Virus record (IMG/VR): IMGVR_UViG_3300016476_000882
Coordinates: 1 to 41,655 of that record
Length of the DNA stretch: 41,655 bases
Reading direction: 5' to 3' (one strand)
DNA from: a virus
Lineage: Duplodnaviria > Caudoviricetes
The notes under the pieces: generated by a model
What the model was told of the DNA's origin: nothing
The model's database searches: none
Seen by the model: only the letters and a program-made list of their open reading frames with translations
Shown: positions 9,117-18,257 of the stretch, piece after piece
How the letters are laid out: every line of letters begins with the position of its first letter
Position numbering within the stretch: the stretch's first letter is position 1
Translations under genes and position numbers: made by a program

Positions 9117-10411
9117 TGAGTCAATTCATTAAAAAAATATCACGTACTTTAGGAAGGAACGCCACTGCCGTTCTGTATGATTCATTTTATGATTTTACAG
9201 ATTACATAAATCAAAATGAAGTAGGATTAAGCGATAAAGCAAGGCTAATTTATGATAGATGGTCAAGTAAAACTAATGTTGAAAGTAATGCAAGTGATAT
9301 AAATTGGTATGGAACAATAAATGCCAATGAAGTTTTACAACCTTTTCAAAGTTTTTTATTTCAAGACAGATTAAGAACGGAATTAGATTCAATCCAACGA
9401 AATGTAGTTGATAATGTAAATTACAATATTGACCAAAAGAAGCAAATCGTTTTCACTAGTCAAGAAATAGGTATTTTTTCATTTGACTTAGCCTCTTTGG
9501 GTTTAATTCGAGTTTTTGAATATTATTCTCCATTATTGAAAAGAATTGTTGATGGTAATTTTATTCGCTCATTTAAAACATCTGAAGGTAAATTAGTTTT
9601 TTATCACATTTACGTTGCTGAAGTTCCCGAACATTTATTGATTCAGAAAAATGGTAAATTGTTTTCACCTTTATTAAAAACTTATATCAATAAAGACGAG
9701 GCAATAGTAAGGACTGATAGTAAAGGTTCAATTTTGTTTTTTCATAAATACGAAGCAGAAATACCTAAACACGATGTTGAGCGTATTCAGCAAAAAAATG
9801 ATGATGGCAAACCAAGATTTTCATCTACTTGGAAAAAGAGTTTTATTTATATACCAAAAGTAGAAAAAGAATTACCACAGATAGACCTTATAATTAGTTC
9901 TACATTTTCTGCTTCTGTAAATGCTCAAGATATTTTTTGGACGGGTGTAGCAGTTAATGCCATTTTAAATATTTTATCAACTGCAAATATGCGATTTAGA
10001 GTTTATGTTGGAGCAAGTAATACTTGGAGTAGAGATACAAATGATTCAATGACTTCTTTTATAAAGATAAAAGATTTAAACGATGCAGTTGATGCTAACT
10101 TAGTGTCTATACTTACCGCTGATGCAAGAAATTTCCGTTATAATTTTTTTAGATGGATTATTCGTTTTGCAGATGAAAATGGATATGGAGACATTATGAC
10201 TAGTGGTTTGGGATATGTTAATGATAATAAATCATTTTTGAGAAATGCGTTTATTGAATTGATGCAAGAAAAAAGAGATTTTGGCTCAAGCATTGAAGAT
10301 ACATTAAACCCAAATACAAAAATTATTTTAACGGGAGTTAGAACTAGAGATGCTGCTATTCAAGAAATAGAAAATGTTATCAATCAAATTAAAGGATTAG
10401 CCGTAATATGA
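9116..10411 (+). CDS. Probable VWA-like partner of the MoxR ATPase
   Basis: Translationally coupled to the MoxR gene; C-terminal alpha/beta region starting IDLIISSTFSAS looks like a degenerate MIDAS strand. Confidence 0.5.
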   Translation: MSQFIKKISRTLGRNATAVLYDSFYDFTDYINQNEVGLSDKARLIYDRWSSKTNVESNASDINWYGTINANEVLQPFQSFLFQDRLRTELDSIQRNVVDNVNYNIDQKKQIVFTSQEIGIFSFDLASLGLIRVFEYYSPLLKRIVDGNFIRSFKTSEGKLVFYHIYVAEVPEHLLIQKNGKLFSPLLKTYINKDEAIVRTDSKGSILFFHKYEAEIPKHDVERIQQKNDDGKPRFSSTWKKSFIYIPKVEKELPQIDLIISSTFSASVNAQDIFWTGVAVNAILNILSTANMRFRVYVGASNTWSRDTNDSMTSFIKIKDLNDAVDANLVSILTADARNFRYNFFRWIIRFADENGYGDIMTSGLGYVNDNKSFLRNAFIELMQEKRDFGSSIEDTLNPNTKIILTGVRTRDAAIQEIENVINQIKGLAVI

Positions 10412-10725
10412 CCGATTCACAAAGATTAAGAGTTCGAGAAAAGAAACAAGAATATCTTGCTAATATGAGGCTATATTCTTTTTATGGGGCTGAAAAGTAT
10501 GTTTCGTTTAAAGTAATGAAATCTACCGACCCCATAGATACTTCTATTACTATTGTTTCAAATTTGATTGAAGATATTAACGACAATTCTATTCCGTTTA
10601 CTAAACAAGTTTTTTACAACATCGTTGAAGATGGTTCTTTTGTAACTTTGGATTTAATTTTAACCACTAGTGAAATAGGTGACTATATTTCAACACTAAT
10701 ACCAATTGATAATGAGATTTTTTAA
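10408..10725 (+). CDS. Hypothetical protein
   Basis: ORF coupled to both neighbours. Confidence 0.7.
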   Translation: MTDSQRLRVREKKQEYLANMRLYSFYGAEKYVSFKVMKSTDPIDTSITIVSNLIEDINDNSIPFTKQVFYNIVEDGSFVTLDLILTTSEIGDYISTLIPIDNEIF

Positions 10726-11209
10726 ATATTTGAATCTTACCGAGGACGAAATAGATAGTTTGCCTACGGATATTAAGCAAGGAGGCGAACTCATAGATGG
10801 GTTACAACTTATTTATGAAGAAATGCCCGAAGGCAGTAAAAAAGATATGTTTGCTTCAGTAATTGCTGAAAGCGCATCAATATTAATTACCAAAATAAAC
10901 GAAATTGTTAATGGATATGATGCGAAGGCAAAGATGGAGGAAGAAATGAGAGAAATGGAAAAGGATGAGGAAGTTGCTGAAGAAGTTAAAGAGCAAGTTG
11001 TAGAAGAATTTCAAATGGTTGAACCCGATGAAAAAACAACGGATGAAAACCCCGTTAAAGATACTGATGTCGATAAAGTTGACCCTCCAATTGAAAGCAC
11101 TCCAAGTCCTAAGCCAAAAACAACTCAACCACAAACTCCAACAGAAATGTCGGAAGAAGATAAATTATTAGAACACTTAAAAATAGCAATCGAAAACCTA
11201 GAATTTTAA
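10712..11209 (+). CDS. Acidic hypothetical protein
   Basis: ATG 10712 in frame with the listed TTG; E/P-rich linker. Confidence 0.7.
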   Translation: MRFFKYLNLTEDEIDSLPTDIKQGGELIDGLQLIYEEMPEGSKKDMFASVIAESASILITKINEIVNGYDAKAKMEEEMREMEKDEEVAEEVKEQVVEEFQMVEPDEKTTDENPVKDTDVDKVDPPIESTPSPKPKTTQPQTPTEMSEEDKLLEHLKIAIENLEF

Positions 11210-11214
11210 ATAAT

Positions 11215-13083
11215 ATGAAAACTCCTAGCGAATTAAGCAGACTATATAGAAATATTGATAGGAAGAACCTTTCACCTACGGCTCAAGAAACCTTGAAAAA
11301 GATTATGAAGGCTAATGGTAATTGGAGAAAAAGAGATGAAAAAGTACAACAAGTATTTTTGGACTTTTATGAAAAACTGAAAGAGAAAAAACCCGTACTA
11401 ATTAAAACAACTCCCGAATACAAGGCTCAATTATTAGAAATAAAAAGGGCTAATGTTCGTAAAGCAGCGGAAACTCGTGCGGCAAAGTTTCAAGATTCAA
11501 AAGAAAAAGAAGGAGCGAAAGGCAATCAAAGAGATGCTGCAAGACCCGCAAAGAGAATTGGTTGGAGACTTAAAGGTAAAAACAATTACAAAAAGCCCAC
11601 AATAGCCGATATTCGTGCTAAAAGGGCTTATTTTGAGAATCGTGTGAATCGTTCCGACAAGAAGCGTAAGAAATTCCCAATGCTAGAAAAAGGTGGCTAT
11701 ATGGCTGATGGTGGTATTGTAGTTACATCAATTAAAGATATTCCAAACTTTGAAGAAAGACTTAATCAAGGTAGAATAACTTATAGAGGATTAGGTGTTG
11801 GAAAGTTATCTAATGATTTTTATAAAGTTGCGGGAGAGGGTGGTAAAATCATCAAAGTAGATGGCAAAGAATATTATATTACCGACACTGAATTTAATTC
11901 TTTCTCACGGGATGCTGATGGAATGTTAAGAGTGAAATTTGCTGCACCAAAACGTAAATTTGAGCGTGGTGGCTATATGGCAAGAGGTGGTCAAGTAGAG
12001 TTTTTATATTCAGATAGCAATTTCGACAATAAATATTATAAGCGTTTTAATGGAGCAATAGGCTCTTTTGCTTGGATTTATGAAAAAAGATACAATGAAG
12101 GTATCCTATATCCATTAGATGCATTTGATTTAGATTACTATGCCCATTTGCCTTTAAAAGAGAATGAGGTAATTTTAAGATACCAAAGCGATAGAATGAG
12201 AGATGTTGATTCTAGTATGTATTTGATAAAATTCAACGTCAAAAAAATGTTGGTGTACTTTATGGAAGATGCATATTCTGATGACGACAAGAATATAAAA
12301 TTCAGCCCTAAAGGTCTTAAACTTGAATACTTAACTATTGAATGGCAAGGTCTAAGTTCAAAGCAACAAATGAACATTGATTTAGATAAGTTTGACAAAG
12401 GTGGAAAGGTGGACGCATCATATTCTGTTTGGGTAAGAAAAGGCGCAAGTGACGATGAAGAAGTTGTAAAAAGCAACTTGACTAAATCACAAGCGAAAAA
12501 ATTAATGGACTCTTTGTGGGATAAAGATGAATACTATGAGATAGGAATGAGCAGTAGTACTTATGGAGATGGCGGCACGTTGGAGGACTATGACCAATTA
12601 ATAGGTAAAACCATTTTGATTTACTCTATGGGTGTTAAAACTCCGAATAGTTACAAAATTAGTGGTGTTAAACCTCCCGACCCAAGATTTTCTATACCAA
12701 CACTAATGATAGAAGTAGGTGGTGGCGCAGAATATATTGAAGGTAGAGAGAAAATCGCAAACTTCTTAAAGGGTAATCAAATAGAAATGAACGCTGGAGG
12801 GGAATACTATGCTATTGAACTTCTGACTGATTCAAAATCAAAAGAACATTACGCAAAAGGCGGTCAAACTCCATTTGAAAAACTATCTAACAAAGTAGCA
12901 GATAATTATGAGGGTAAAAAAGTACCAAATAAATATCAGAAACTTTATGGGAAAACTTACGATAGGAGCGAAGCGAAAGAAGTTGGGGACAAGGTAGCCG
13001 CTAAGGTTTATCGTTTACAACTTAAAAACAAAATGGCAAAAGGTGGTGAAATTTTATTTACCGACAAACATAGAAACGACTAA
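11215..13083 (+). CDS. Multi-module protein with basic N-terminus and eight [MFYL]xxGG motifs
   Basis: K/R-rich N-terminus (DAARPAK..GWR...YFENRVNRSD), then modules separated by LEKGGYMADGG, FERGGYMARGG, FDKGG, YGDGG, YAKGG, MAKGG. Confidence 0.75.
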   Translation: MKTPSELSRLYRNIDRKNLSPTAQETLKKIMKANGNWRKRDEKVQQVFLDFYEKLKEKKPVLIKTTPEYKAQLLEIKRANVRKAAETRAAKFQDSKEKEGAKGNQRDAARPAKRIGWRLKGKNNYKKPTIADIRAKRAYFENRVNRSDKKRKKFPMLEKGGYMADGGIVVTSIKDIPNFEERLNQGRITYRGLGVGKLSNDFYKVAGEGGKIIKVDGKEYYITDTEFNSFSRDADGMLRVKFAAPKRKFERGGYMARGGQVEFLYSDSNFDNKYYKRFNGAIGSFAWIYEKRYNEGILYPLDAFDLDYYAHLPLKENEVILRYQSDRMRDVDSSMYLIKFNVKKMLVYFMEDAYSDDDKNIKFSPKGLKLEYLTIEWQGLSSKQQMNIDLDKFDKGGKVDASYSVWVRKGASDDEEVVKSNLTKSQAKKLMDSLWDKDEYYEIGMSSSTYGDGGTLEDYDQLIGKTILIYSMGVKTPNSYKISGVKPPDPRFSIPTLMIEVGGGAEYIEGREKIANFLKGNQIEMNAGGEYYAIELLTDSKSKEHYAKGGQTPFEKLSNKVADNYEGKKVPNKYQKLYGKTYDRSEAKEVGDKVAAKVYRLQLKNKMAKGGEILFTDKHRND

Positions 13084-13084
13084 T

Positions 13085-14779
13085 ATGAAACTTTTTACAA
13101 AATCAATAGACAAAAAATTATTCGCTCAATACGATAAAGGTAGCGACTTAAAAAATCAAAAAGTAATCGCCAAGATTTTTAACCCTTATGGGAGAGGTAC
13201 TTGGTATATTTTAAATAGTGACCCCGAAGACCCCGATTATTTATGGGCTATTACGGACTTGTTTGAAATAGAAATAGGTAGCGTTTCTCGTAACGAACTT
13301 GAAAACATAAAAGTTCCTCCATTTAGGTTGCCTTTAGAAAGAGATATGTATTTTGACGAAATAAATGCGTATGAACTTTACCAAGGATTGAAAGAAGGAA
13401 AAAGATATGATGATGGTGGCTATATGGCTAAAGGTGGCAAATTGGATGTAGGGGTTTATAGAATAGGTAAACCCAAAAGAATACAACCAAATTTATATGA
13501 ACAAAAAATAGTTGAAATTTTTGAAAATGGTGATATTTCAACGGCAAGTGATTATGGTAGAAAATTAGATGACTTTAAATCTCAAAAATACCCTATTATT
13601 ACGCAAGAACGATTTGAAGAACAATATAAATACGCCAATGGTGGCTATATGGCTAAAGGTGGCATTTTAAAAGTAGATGATTATGTTTGGAATGCAGTTG
13701 GTAATAAATTAATTGTCGATAAGGTTACTGATGACGAGTATTTTTTAATTGGATTCGGTCAGTCTTCTCCATCTCCTTTTTCAAAACAAAAAGTAGATAA
13801 TTATATTGAAACGGGTGAATGGACATTAAAGCCCAAAATGGCTAATAGTGGATATATGGCTGAAGGTGGTTTTGTAGTTTATGATAAAAATTTCGATGAA
13901 AATGGCAAAATGAAAATCACTATTATAGGTAAACACAAAACTAGATTAGCCGCAAAGAAAAGTGCTTATGGTACGGGTTATAATATTACCGATATGGAAA
14001 CTTTTGAAGAAATGTATGGTGATAAAATGAAGAATGGCGGCTTTTTAGAGGATGCTAAGTATGTTTCCAAGAGAAATATTTCTAGTATTACTTTAGAACT
14101 AGATGGCAAATCAGTTACTTTAAAAGGCGAAGATTTAGTTGATGGGGTTTACGTGAAAAAAACTAAAAGTGCCACAAAGACTCCAACAAAAACAAAAGTA
14201 GATGTAAAAGAAGTTGCCAATAAACTTTCCGACCTTTATTATGATGTTTGGGACAAGTTAAAAATTGAAAGTGGCTCACAAATTTATTCGTCTGATGCAA
14301 CTCAAAAGAAATTAAACAAAGAGTTAAAAAACATCGGTATAGATGAAATTTATTCGAATTTGACTAAACCCGAAAGAAAAAAAGTTTCTGATATTCTTAC
14401 CGATGAAAATCAACATAGCCTTAGAAACTACTTAGGGCTGAGAGGGTACAACGGAGAACAAGAATATAACTCTTACGTAACTATGTATGAGGATAATATG
14501 AAGAACTACAAAAGAGCATACGTACTTAATCCTAAGAACTTCGATAGAGTTTTAGCCGAGGGTGGTGGATTAGGTGATTCTACGTATTTGGTTAAAGTAG
14601 CGGAAGAATATGCTGAAAAAGAATATGGTAAGAAAGTTAAAAAAGGAGCGGGTGTTGCTAAAGCCAAAAAAGTTGGCGATAAGTATGACTATTCCGAAGT
14701 GACTGTTTTCTTCCAAGACGGAAGTCAAGAAACCTTTGAAAGAGAAGATTTTGAGGAGTTCTTTGAAATAGAGGATTAA
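13085..14779 (+). CDS. DUF2958-like domain + modules separated by GGYMAxGG motifs
   Basis: KIFNPYGRGTWYI...EIGSVS..EL...LPLERDMYF; linkers YDDGGYMAKGG, YANGGYMAKGG, MANSGYMAEGG, MKNGG, LAEGG. ATG 13085 preferred. Confidence 0.7.
   Translation: MKLFTKSIDKKLFAQYDKGSDLKNQKVIAKIFNPYGRGTWYILNSDPEDPDYLWAITDLFEIEIGSVSRNELENIKVPPFRLPLERDMYFDEINAYELYQGLKEGKRYDDGGYMAKGGKLDVGVYRIGKPKRIQPNLYEQKIVEIFENGDISTASDYGRKLDDFKSQKYPIITQERFEEQYKYANGGYMAKGGILKVDDYVWNAVGNKLIVDKVTDDEYFLIGFGQSSPSPFSKQKVDNYIETGEWTLKPKMANSGYMAEGGFVVYDKNFDENGKMKITIIGKHKTRLAAKKSAYGTGYNITDMETFEEMYGDKMKNGGFLEDAKYVSKRNISSITLELDGKSVTLKGEDLVDGVYVKKTKSATKTPTKTKVDVKEVANKLSDLYYDVWDKLKIESGSQIYSSDATQKKLNKELKNIGIDEIYSNLTKPERKKVSDILTDENQHSLRNYLGLRGYNGEQEYNSYVTMYEDNMKNYKRAYVLNPKNFDRVLAEGGGLGDSTYLVKVAEEYAEKEYGKKVKKGAGVAKAKKVGDKYDYSEVTVFFQDGSQETFEREDFEEFFEIED
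13413..13664 (+). repeat. Exact 27-nt direct repeat ATGGTGGCTATATGGCTAAAGGTGGCA (13413-13439 and 13638-13664)
   Basis: Read directly; related copies start at 11692, 11968 and 13847. Confidence 0.9.
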
Positions 14780-14809
14780 ATTGTTTATTTTGAATATAAA
14801 ATTGTATAA

Positions 14810-15286
14810 ATGGAAAATGTAATTAAAACCCTAGAAGTTTTGAATTTAACCGAGCAAGAGTTGCCCGAAGAAATTCAAGAGAAAATTTCTTACTTGGAAA
14901 ATTTAGTTCAATCACACAACTCACTTGTTGACGAACTAGATGAAAAGGATGAAGTAACTGAAGATGAAGAAAAATTGGTTGAGCAACAATCAAACAAAAT
15001 TGATTCATTGGATGCAAGAATTTCTCAAGAGATTCAAAACTTTGCAAAACTAGAGAACGAAAAAAAGGCTAAAGCAAAACACAAGGCTGAAACAGAAAAG
15101 AAAGAAAAAGAGGAAGCAGCGAAGAAAGCCGAAGAAGAAGCCGAAGCAAAAAAGAAAGCCGAAGAGGAAGCAGCCAATAAGAAACCCGTTGAGAAAAAAA
15201 GCGGCATTGGACTTGGTGGATTTATCTTAGGCGCAGTAGTACTGATAGCAACCGCAGGTGCGGTGAACGCATTTAGAAATAAGTAA
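14810..15286 (+). CDS. Coiled-coil protein with C-terminal membrane anchor
   Basis: E/K/A-rich helix followed by GLGGFILGAVVLIATAGAV. Confidence 0.75.
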   Translation: MENVIKTLEVLNLTEQELPEEIQEKISYLENLVQSHNSLVDELDEKDEVTEDEEKLVEQQSNKIDSLDARISQEIQNFAKLENEKKAKAKHKAETEKKEKEEAAKKAEEEAEAKKKAEEEAANKKPVEKKSGIGLGGFILGAVVLIATAGAVNAFRNK

Positions 15287-15501
15287 TGGAAGTAACGAGG
15301 GCACAAGTATATCACATTTTCGACCCACAACCTATTAGGATGTTGGATGTGATATTTGTTGCGCCTCTTATGATTTACGCAGGTGTGGAAGGTAAATTTC
15401 ACCCCTTTATCAAATGGTCACTTATCGGTGTTGGATTTGCTACTATGATTTACAATGGGATAAACTATCACAAAAATTATAGGGAAGAAGATGGCTTATA
15501 G
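15286..15501 (+). CDS. Small two-TM membrane protein
   Basis: Two hydrophobic segments; coupled start. Confidence 0.7.
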   Translation: MEVTRAQVYHIFDPQPIRMLDVIFVAPLMIYAGVEGKFHPFIKWSLIGVGFATMIYNGINYHKNYREEDGL

Positions 15502-15784
15502 AATCACTGAATACACTAAAGCACAAGCCAAAAAACTAGGTGTTGTTGTCAAGCCGTCAAAGGTTAAAGGCAAGAAGATTGATGTTTTCAAAGGTGAAGA
15601 AAAAGTTGCTAGTGTTGGTGCTATTGGCTATCCCGACTATCCTACATATTTAAAAATGGAGGCAGATGGTCGCGTTCCTAAAGGTACTGCTAGTTTGCGT
15701 AGAAAAGCCTACAAGACTAGACACGCTAAAGATAGAAATGTTAAAGGAAGTAATGGGTTTTATGCCGATAAGTTATTATGGTAA
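15491..15784 (+). CDS. Basic DUF5754-like protein
   Basis: KKIDVFK...GAIGYPDY...RRKAYKTRH...YADKLLW. Confidence 0.6.
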   Translation: MAYRITEYTKAQAKKLGVVVKPSKVKGKKIDVFKGEEKVASVGAIGYPDYPTYLKMEADGRVPKGTASLRRKAYKTRHAKDRNVKGSNGFYADKLLW

Positions 15785-15790
15785 AGGATT

Positions 15791-16387
15791 ATGAAATTTA
15801 CAAAAGATATAATTGAAAAATCAGTCAAAGCACAAGGATTTAAGTGGTTTGACAAAGGAGACTACAATTTGAATATTGTAGGTGTCCGCAATATGAGTTC
15901 TAAAAAAGTAACCAACCTTTTCGATGATTGGATTACTCTTTCTTATATGGTAAAAGGCAAATGGATTTTCCATCAGTTCAACGCTACTACGGAAGCGGGA
16001 GATGATTATTTCGCGAAGCCAATTAACCCAAGAGGTACTGCTATTATTAAAGAGGGTCAATATTCAAAAGTTTGGGGTTTAGGTTTGCACCAAGGCAAGT
16101 ACAAAGCATTACGTCAAGTTGGCAAGTTCGAAACTTACAGAGACAACAATAAAGACTTAGTAATTGATTACATCAACCCCGCTGAATCTTATAATGATGG
16201 TATTAATTGCCATAGAGCAAATCCAAATGGAGTTAGCGTTTATGTAAACAATTGGAGTGCTGCTTGTCAAGTAATTGCATCTTCAACGGATTTTGAAACT
16301 TTAATGAATGCTTGTGAAGAATCTGAAAAGTTGTATGGTAATTCTTTTACTTACACTTTGTTGAATACCAATATGATTTCAAAATGA
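15791..16387 (+). CDS. Putative endolysin of the L,D-transpeptidase (YkuD-like) fold
   Basis: NIVGVR, FDD, ATT..G, GQY, GINCH...WSAACQV with His/Cys catalytic pair. Confidence 0.65.
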   Translation: MKFTKDIIEKSVKAQGFKWFDKGDYNLNIVGVRNMSSKKVTNLFDDWITLSYMVKGKWIFHQFNATTEAGDDYFAKPINPRGTAIIKEGQYSKVWGLGLHQGKYKALRQVGKFETYRDNNKDLVIDYINPAESYNDGINCHRANPNGVSVYVNNWSAACQVIASSTDFETLMNACEESEKLYGNSFTYTLLNTNMISK

Positions 16388-16527
16388 AAAAAGAGTATTG
16401 GCTAATTTTAGGTGTTTTGGCACTTTCGGGTGGAGTTGCATATTTTTATTTTAGAAAAACTTCTAAAGACTTAGAAGGCACAACTCCCGAAGATGCAGAA
16501 GTATTAAGAACAATTAGAATTGTATGA
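16384..16527 (+). CDS. 47-aa N-terminally anchored membrane protein (not in ORF track)
   Basis: MKKEYWLILGVLALSGGVAYFYFRK...; ATGA overlaps at both ends. Confidence 0.7.
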   Translation: MKKEYWLILGVLALSGGVAYFYFRKTSKDLEGTTPEDAEVLRTIRIV

Positions 16528-17291
16528 GTTTAGATATAAAAATACCCGCTACCTCTATTGAATGGCAAGTCCCAAAAGGTCAAGTGCCATTTAGAGACCA
16601 AGCGATTTCTATTATAAAAAAATATAAAAATTTGTATGGTGCTCAATTTAAAGTTGCTGAAGAAGCCACGGGAGTGCCTACAATGATTTTAGTGGCTTTT
16701 GCGGGTGTAGAAGGTGGTGGATTAGAAAATGAAAAATTAACGGGCGCGAATGGTACTCCGTCAATTATGCAGATGTCCCCCGACACGGGTTATGATACAA
16801 TTCGATTAGAACTTCAAACAAACACTATTGGTAGATTATTCCCTTTTTATCAAGTGATACCTAATGCGTTCGTTGTTAAAAAGGCTATCCCTAAAGATTT
16901 TTGGAGTTCTTCAAACATAAAATTACGCCAACAAAAAGCAAGTGATTATTTATCGTTAAAACCTTTATCCGAGGTAAGACAAATGATTTTCACTGCATTA
17001 TATAAAAACGTAGGGTTTGCAATACTTTTAGGGGCTACTCATTTAGCACAACTAATGAAAAAAAGTATTCAAGAAGTTGGGACTGTTAGACTAGACCACA
17101 TTATCGTTAAGTATAATGGAGGTATTGGCACGTACAGAAATCGAGTTTTAAATACTGATTTAAAAAACGCTGATACAACTAACTTGGTTACAACTTACAC
17201 CAAACGGCATAATGCAACAACTCCCGCTTACATTATTAAATTAATGGGTAAGAATGGGTTGTTAGATGTACAAAAGCAAAGACTTGCATAA
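16524..17291 (+). CDS. Lytic transglycosylase-like (SLT/lysozyme fold) protein
   Basis: ILVAFAGVEGG (catalytic Glu), SIMQM (GLMQ-like), N...GA..L, KYNGGIG, terminal YIIK. Confidence 0.65.
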   Translation: MSLDIKIPATSIEWQVPKGQVPFRDQAISIIKKYKNLYGAQFKVAEEATGVPTMILVAFAGVEGGGLENEKLTGANGTPSIMQMSPDTGYDTIRLELQTNTIGRLFPFYQVIPNAFVVKKAIPKDFWSSSNIKLRQQKASDYLSLKPLSEVRQMIFTALYKNVGFAILLGATHLAQLMKKSIQEVGTVRLDHIIVKYNGGIGTYRNRVLNTDLKNADTTNLVTTYTKRHNATTPAYIIKLMGKNGLLDVQKQRLA

Positions 17292-17333
17292 TATGTTCAT
17301 TTTTAAAATGTGTTCGACTTAAAAACATTTAAA

Positions 17334-17600
17334 ATGAAATTACCGATTAACTTTAAAGAATTCTCAAAAGACCCTAAAAATGGGCTTTTATATATCATTT
17401 TACCCGCTATTGGATATTTGTATGTAGACCAAAAGATGACTAACAATCAAATTAAGGAAGAGTACAAAAAAGAAATAGCAGAACTCAAGGCTATCGTTTT
17501 GTTGCATTCAAAGCAACTGAAAAAAAGCGATAGTGCACTTGCAGCGGCAACAACAAAAATTGAGATTTACACTCAACTAGGTAAAATCCCAAGAAAATGA
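17334..17600 (+). CDS. Membrane protein with coiled coil (spanin/holin-like)
   Basis: One TM followed by a coiled coil; directly upstream of a lipoprotein. Confidence 0.5.
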   Translation: MKLPINFKEFSKDPKNGLLYIILPAIGYLYVDQKMTNNQIKEEYKKEIAELKAIVLLHSKQLKKSDSALAAATTKIEIYTQLGKIPRK

Positions 17601-17923
17601 TTAGGCTACTATTGATATTGCCATTATTTATAACAAGTTGTTCAAATGTTGAGCAAGAAAAAGATGCTGAATTAGATTCAATTATTCGTGAAGCCGATTC
17701 AATATATTTTGAAAGCCACAAAACAATGTACAAACACGATTCTATTTCCATAGTTGCTGATAGCATAAAAAATGCTCAAGTAGCCGCAATAGAATCTAAC
17801 ATAAAAGTAATGTCAACTACCCTAGTAAAAGAAAAAAAACGTAGTAAATTAGCAAAGGTTCTATCTCAAGTCGTTGGAATAGATACTATTGTAATTCACG
17901 ACACTATAATTATACAGAAATGA
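17597..17923 (+). CDS. Lipoprotein (possible o-spanin-like)
   Basis: Signal MIRLLLILPLFITS-C with lipobox. Confidence 0.6.
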   Translation: MIRLLLILPLFITSCSNVEQEKDAELDSIIREADSIYFESHKTMYKHDSISIVADSIKNAQVAAIESNIKVMSTTLVKEKKRSKLAKVLSQVVGIDTIVIHDTIIIQK

Positions 17924-18135
17924 AATTTTTAGAATTACTCACTAAACACGCAACATCAATTATTGCATTTATTGTAATAACTTTGTGTTTCTTCGTTTTG
18001 ATAAGCATAGTATTTTATGACTTCCCAAGCGAACAAAAAGATATTTATTTTACCATAAGTGGTGGTGTATTATCAATTATTACAATGATAATAAGTTATT
18101 ACTTTGGGGCAAGTAAAAAAGAAAACGAAAACTAA
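17920..18135 (+). CDS. Holin-like two-TM protein
   Basis: Two TMs ending IISYYFGAS plus charged tail. Confidence 0.55.
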   Translation: MKFLELLTKHATSIIAFIVITLCFFVLISIVFYDFPSEQKDIYFTISGGVLSIITMIISYYFGASKKENEN

Positions 18136-18146
18136 CTAACCAATAT

Positions 18147-18257
18147 ATGAAAAACACTAATTTAGGCACGGCTCTTCTAGGTTTAGCAATCTCTTTAGGT
18201 GCTATCTACGTTGTAGCCTACGTTGCAGGAAAAGGTTTCTCAAAGGCTTCTAAATAA
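18147..18257 (+). CDS. 36-aa membrane peptide (not in ORF track)
   Basis: MKNTNLGTALLGLAISLGAIYVVAYVAGKGFSKASK*; TAATG coupling to the next gene. Confidence 0.7.
   Translation: MKNTNLGTALLGLAISLGAIYVVAYVAGKGFSKASK

Noticed and set aside
11692-13870. GGTGGCTATATGGC repeats as a CRISPR array
   Set aside because: Irregular spacing of 200 to over 1000 nt, in-frame within CDSs, no cas genes.
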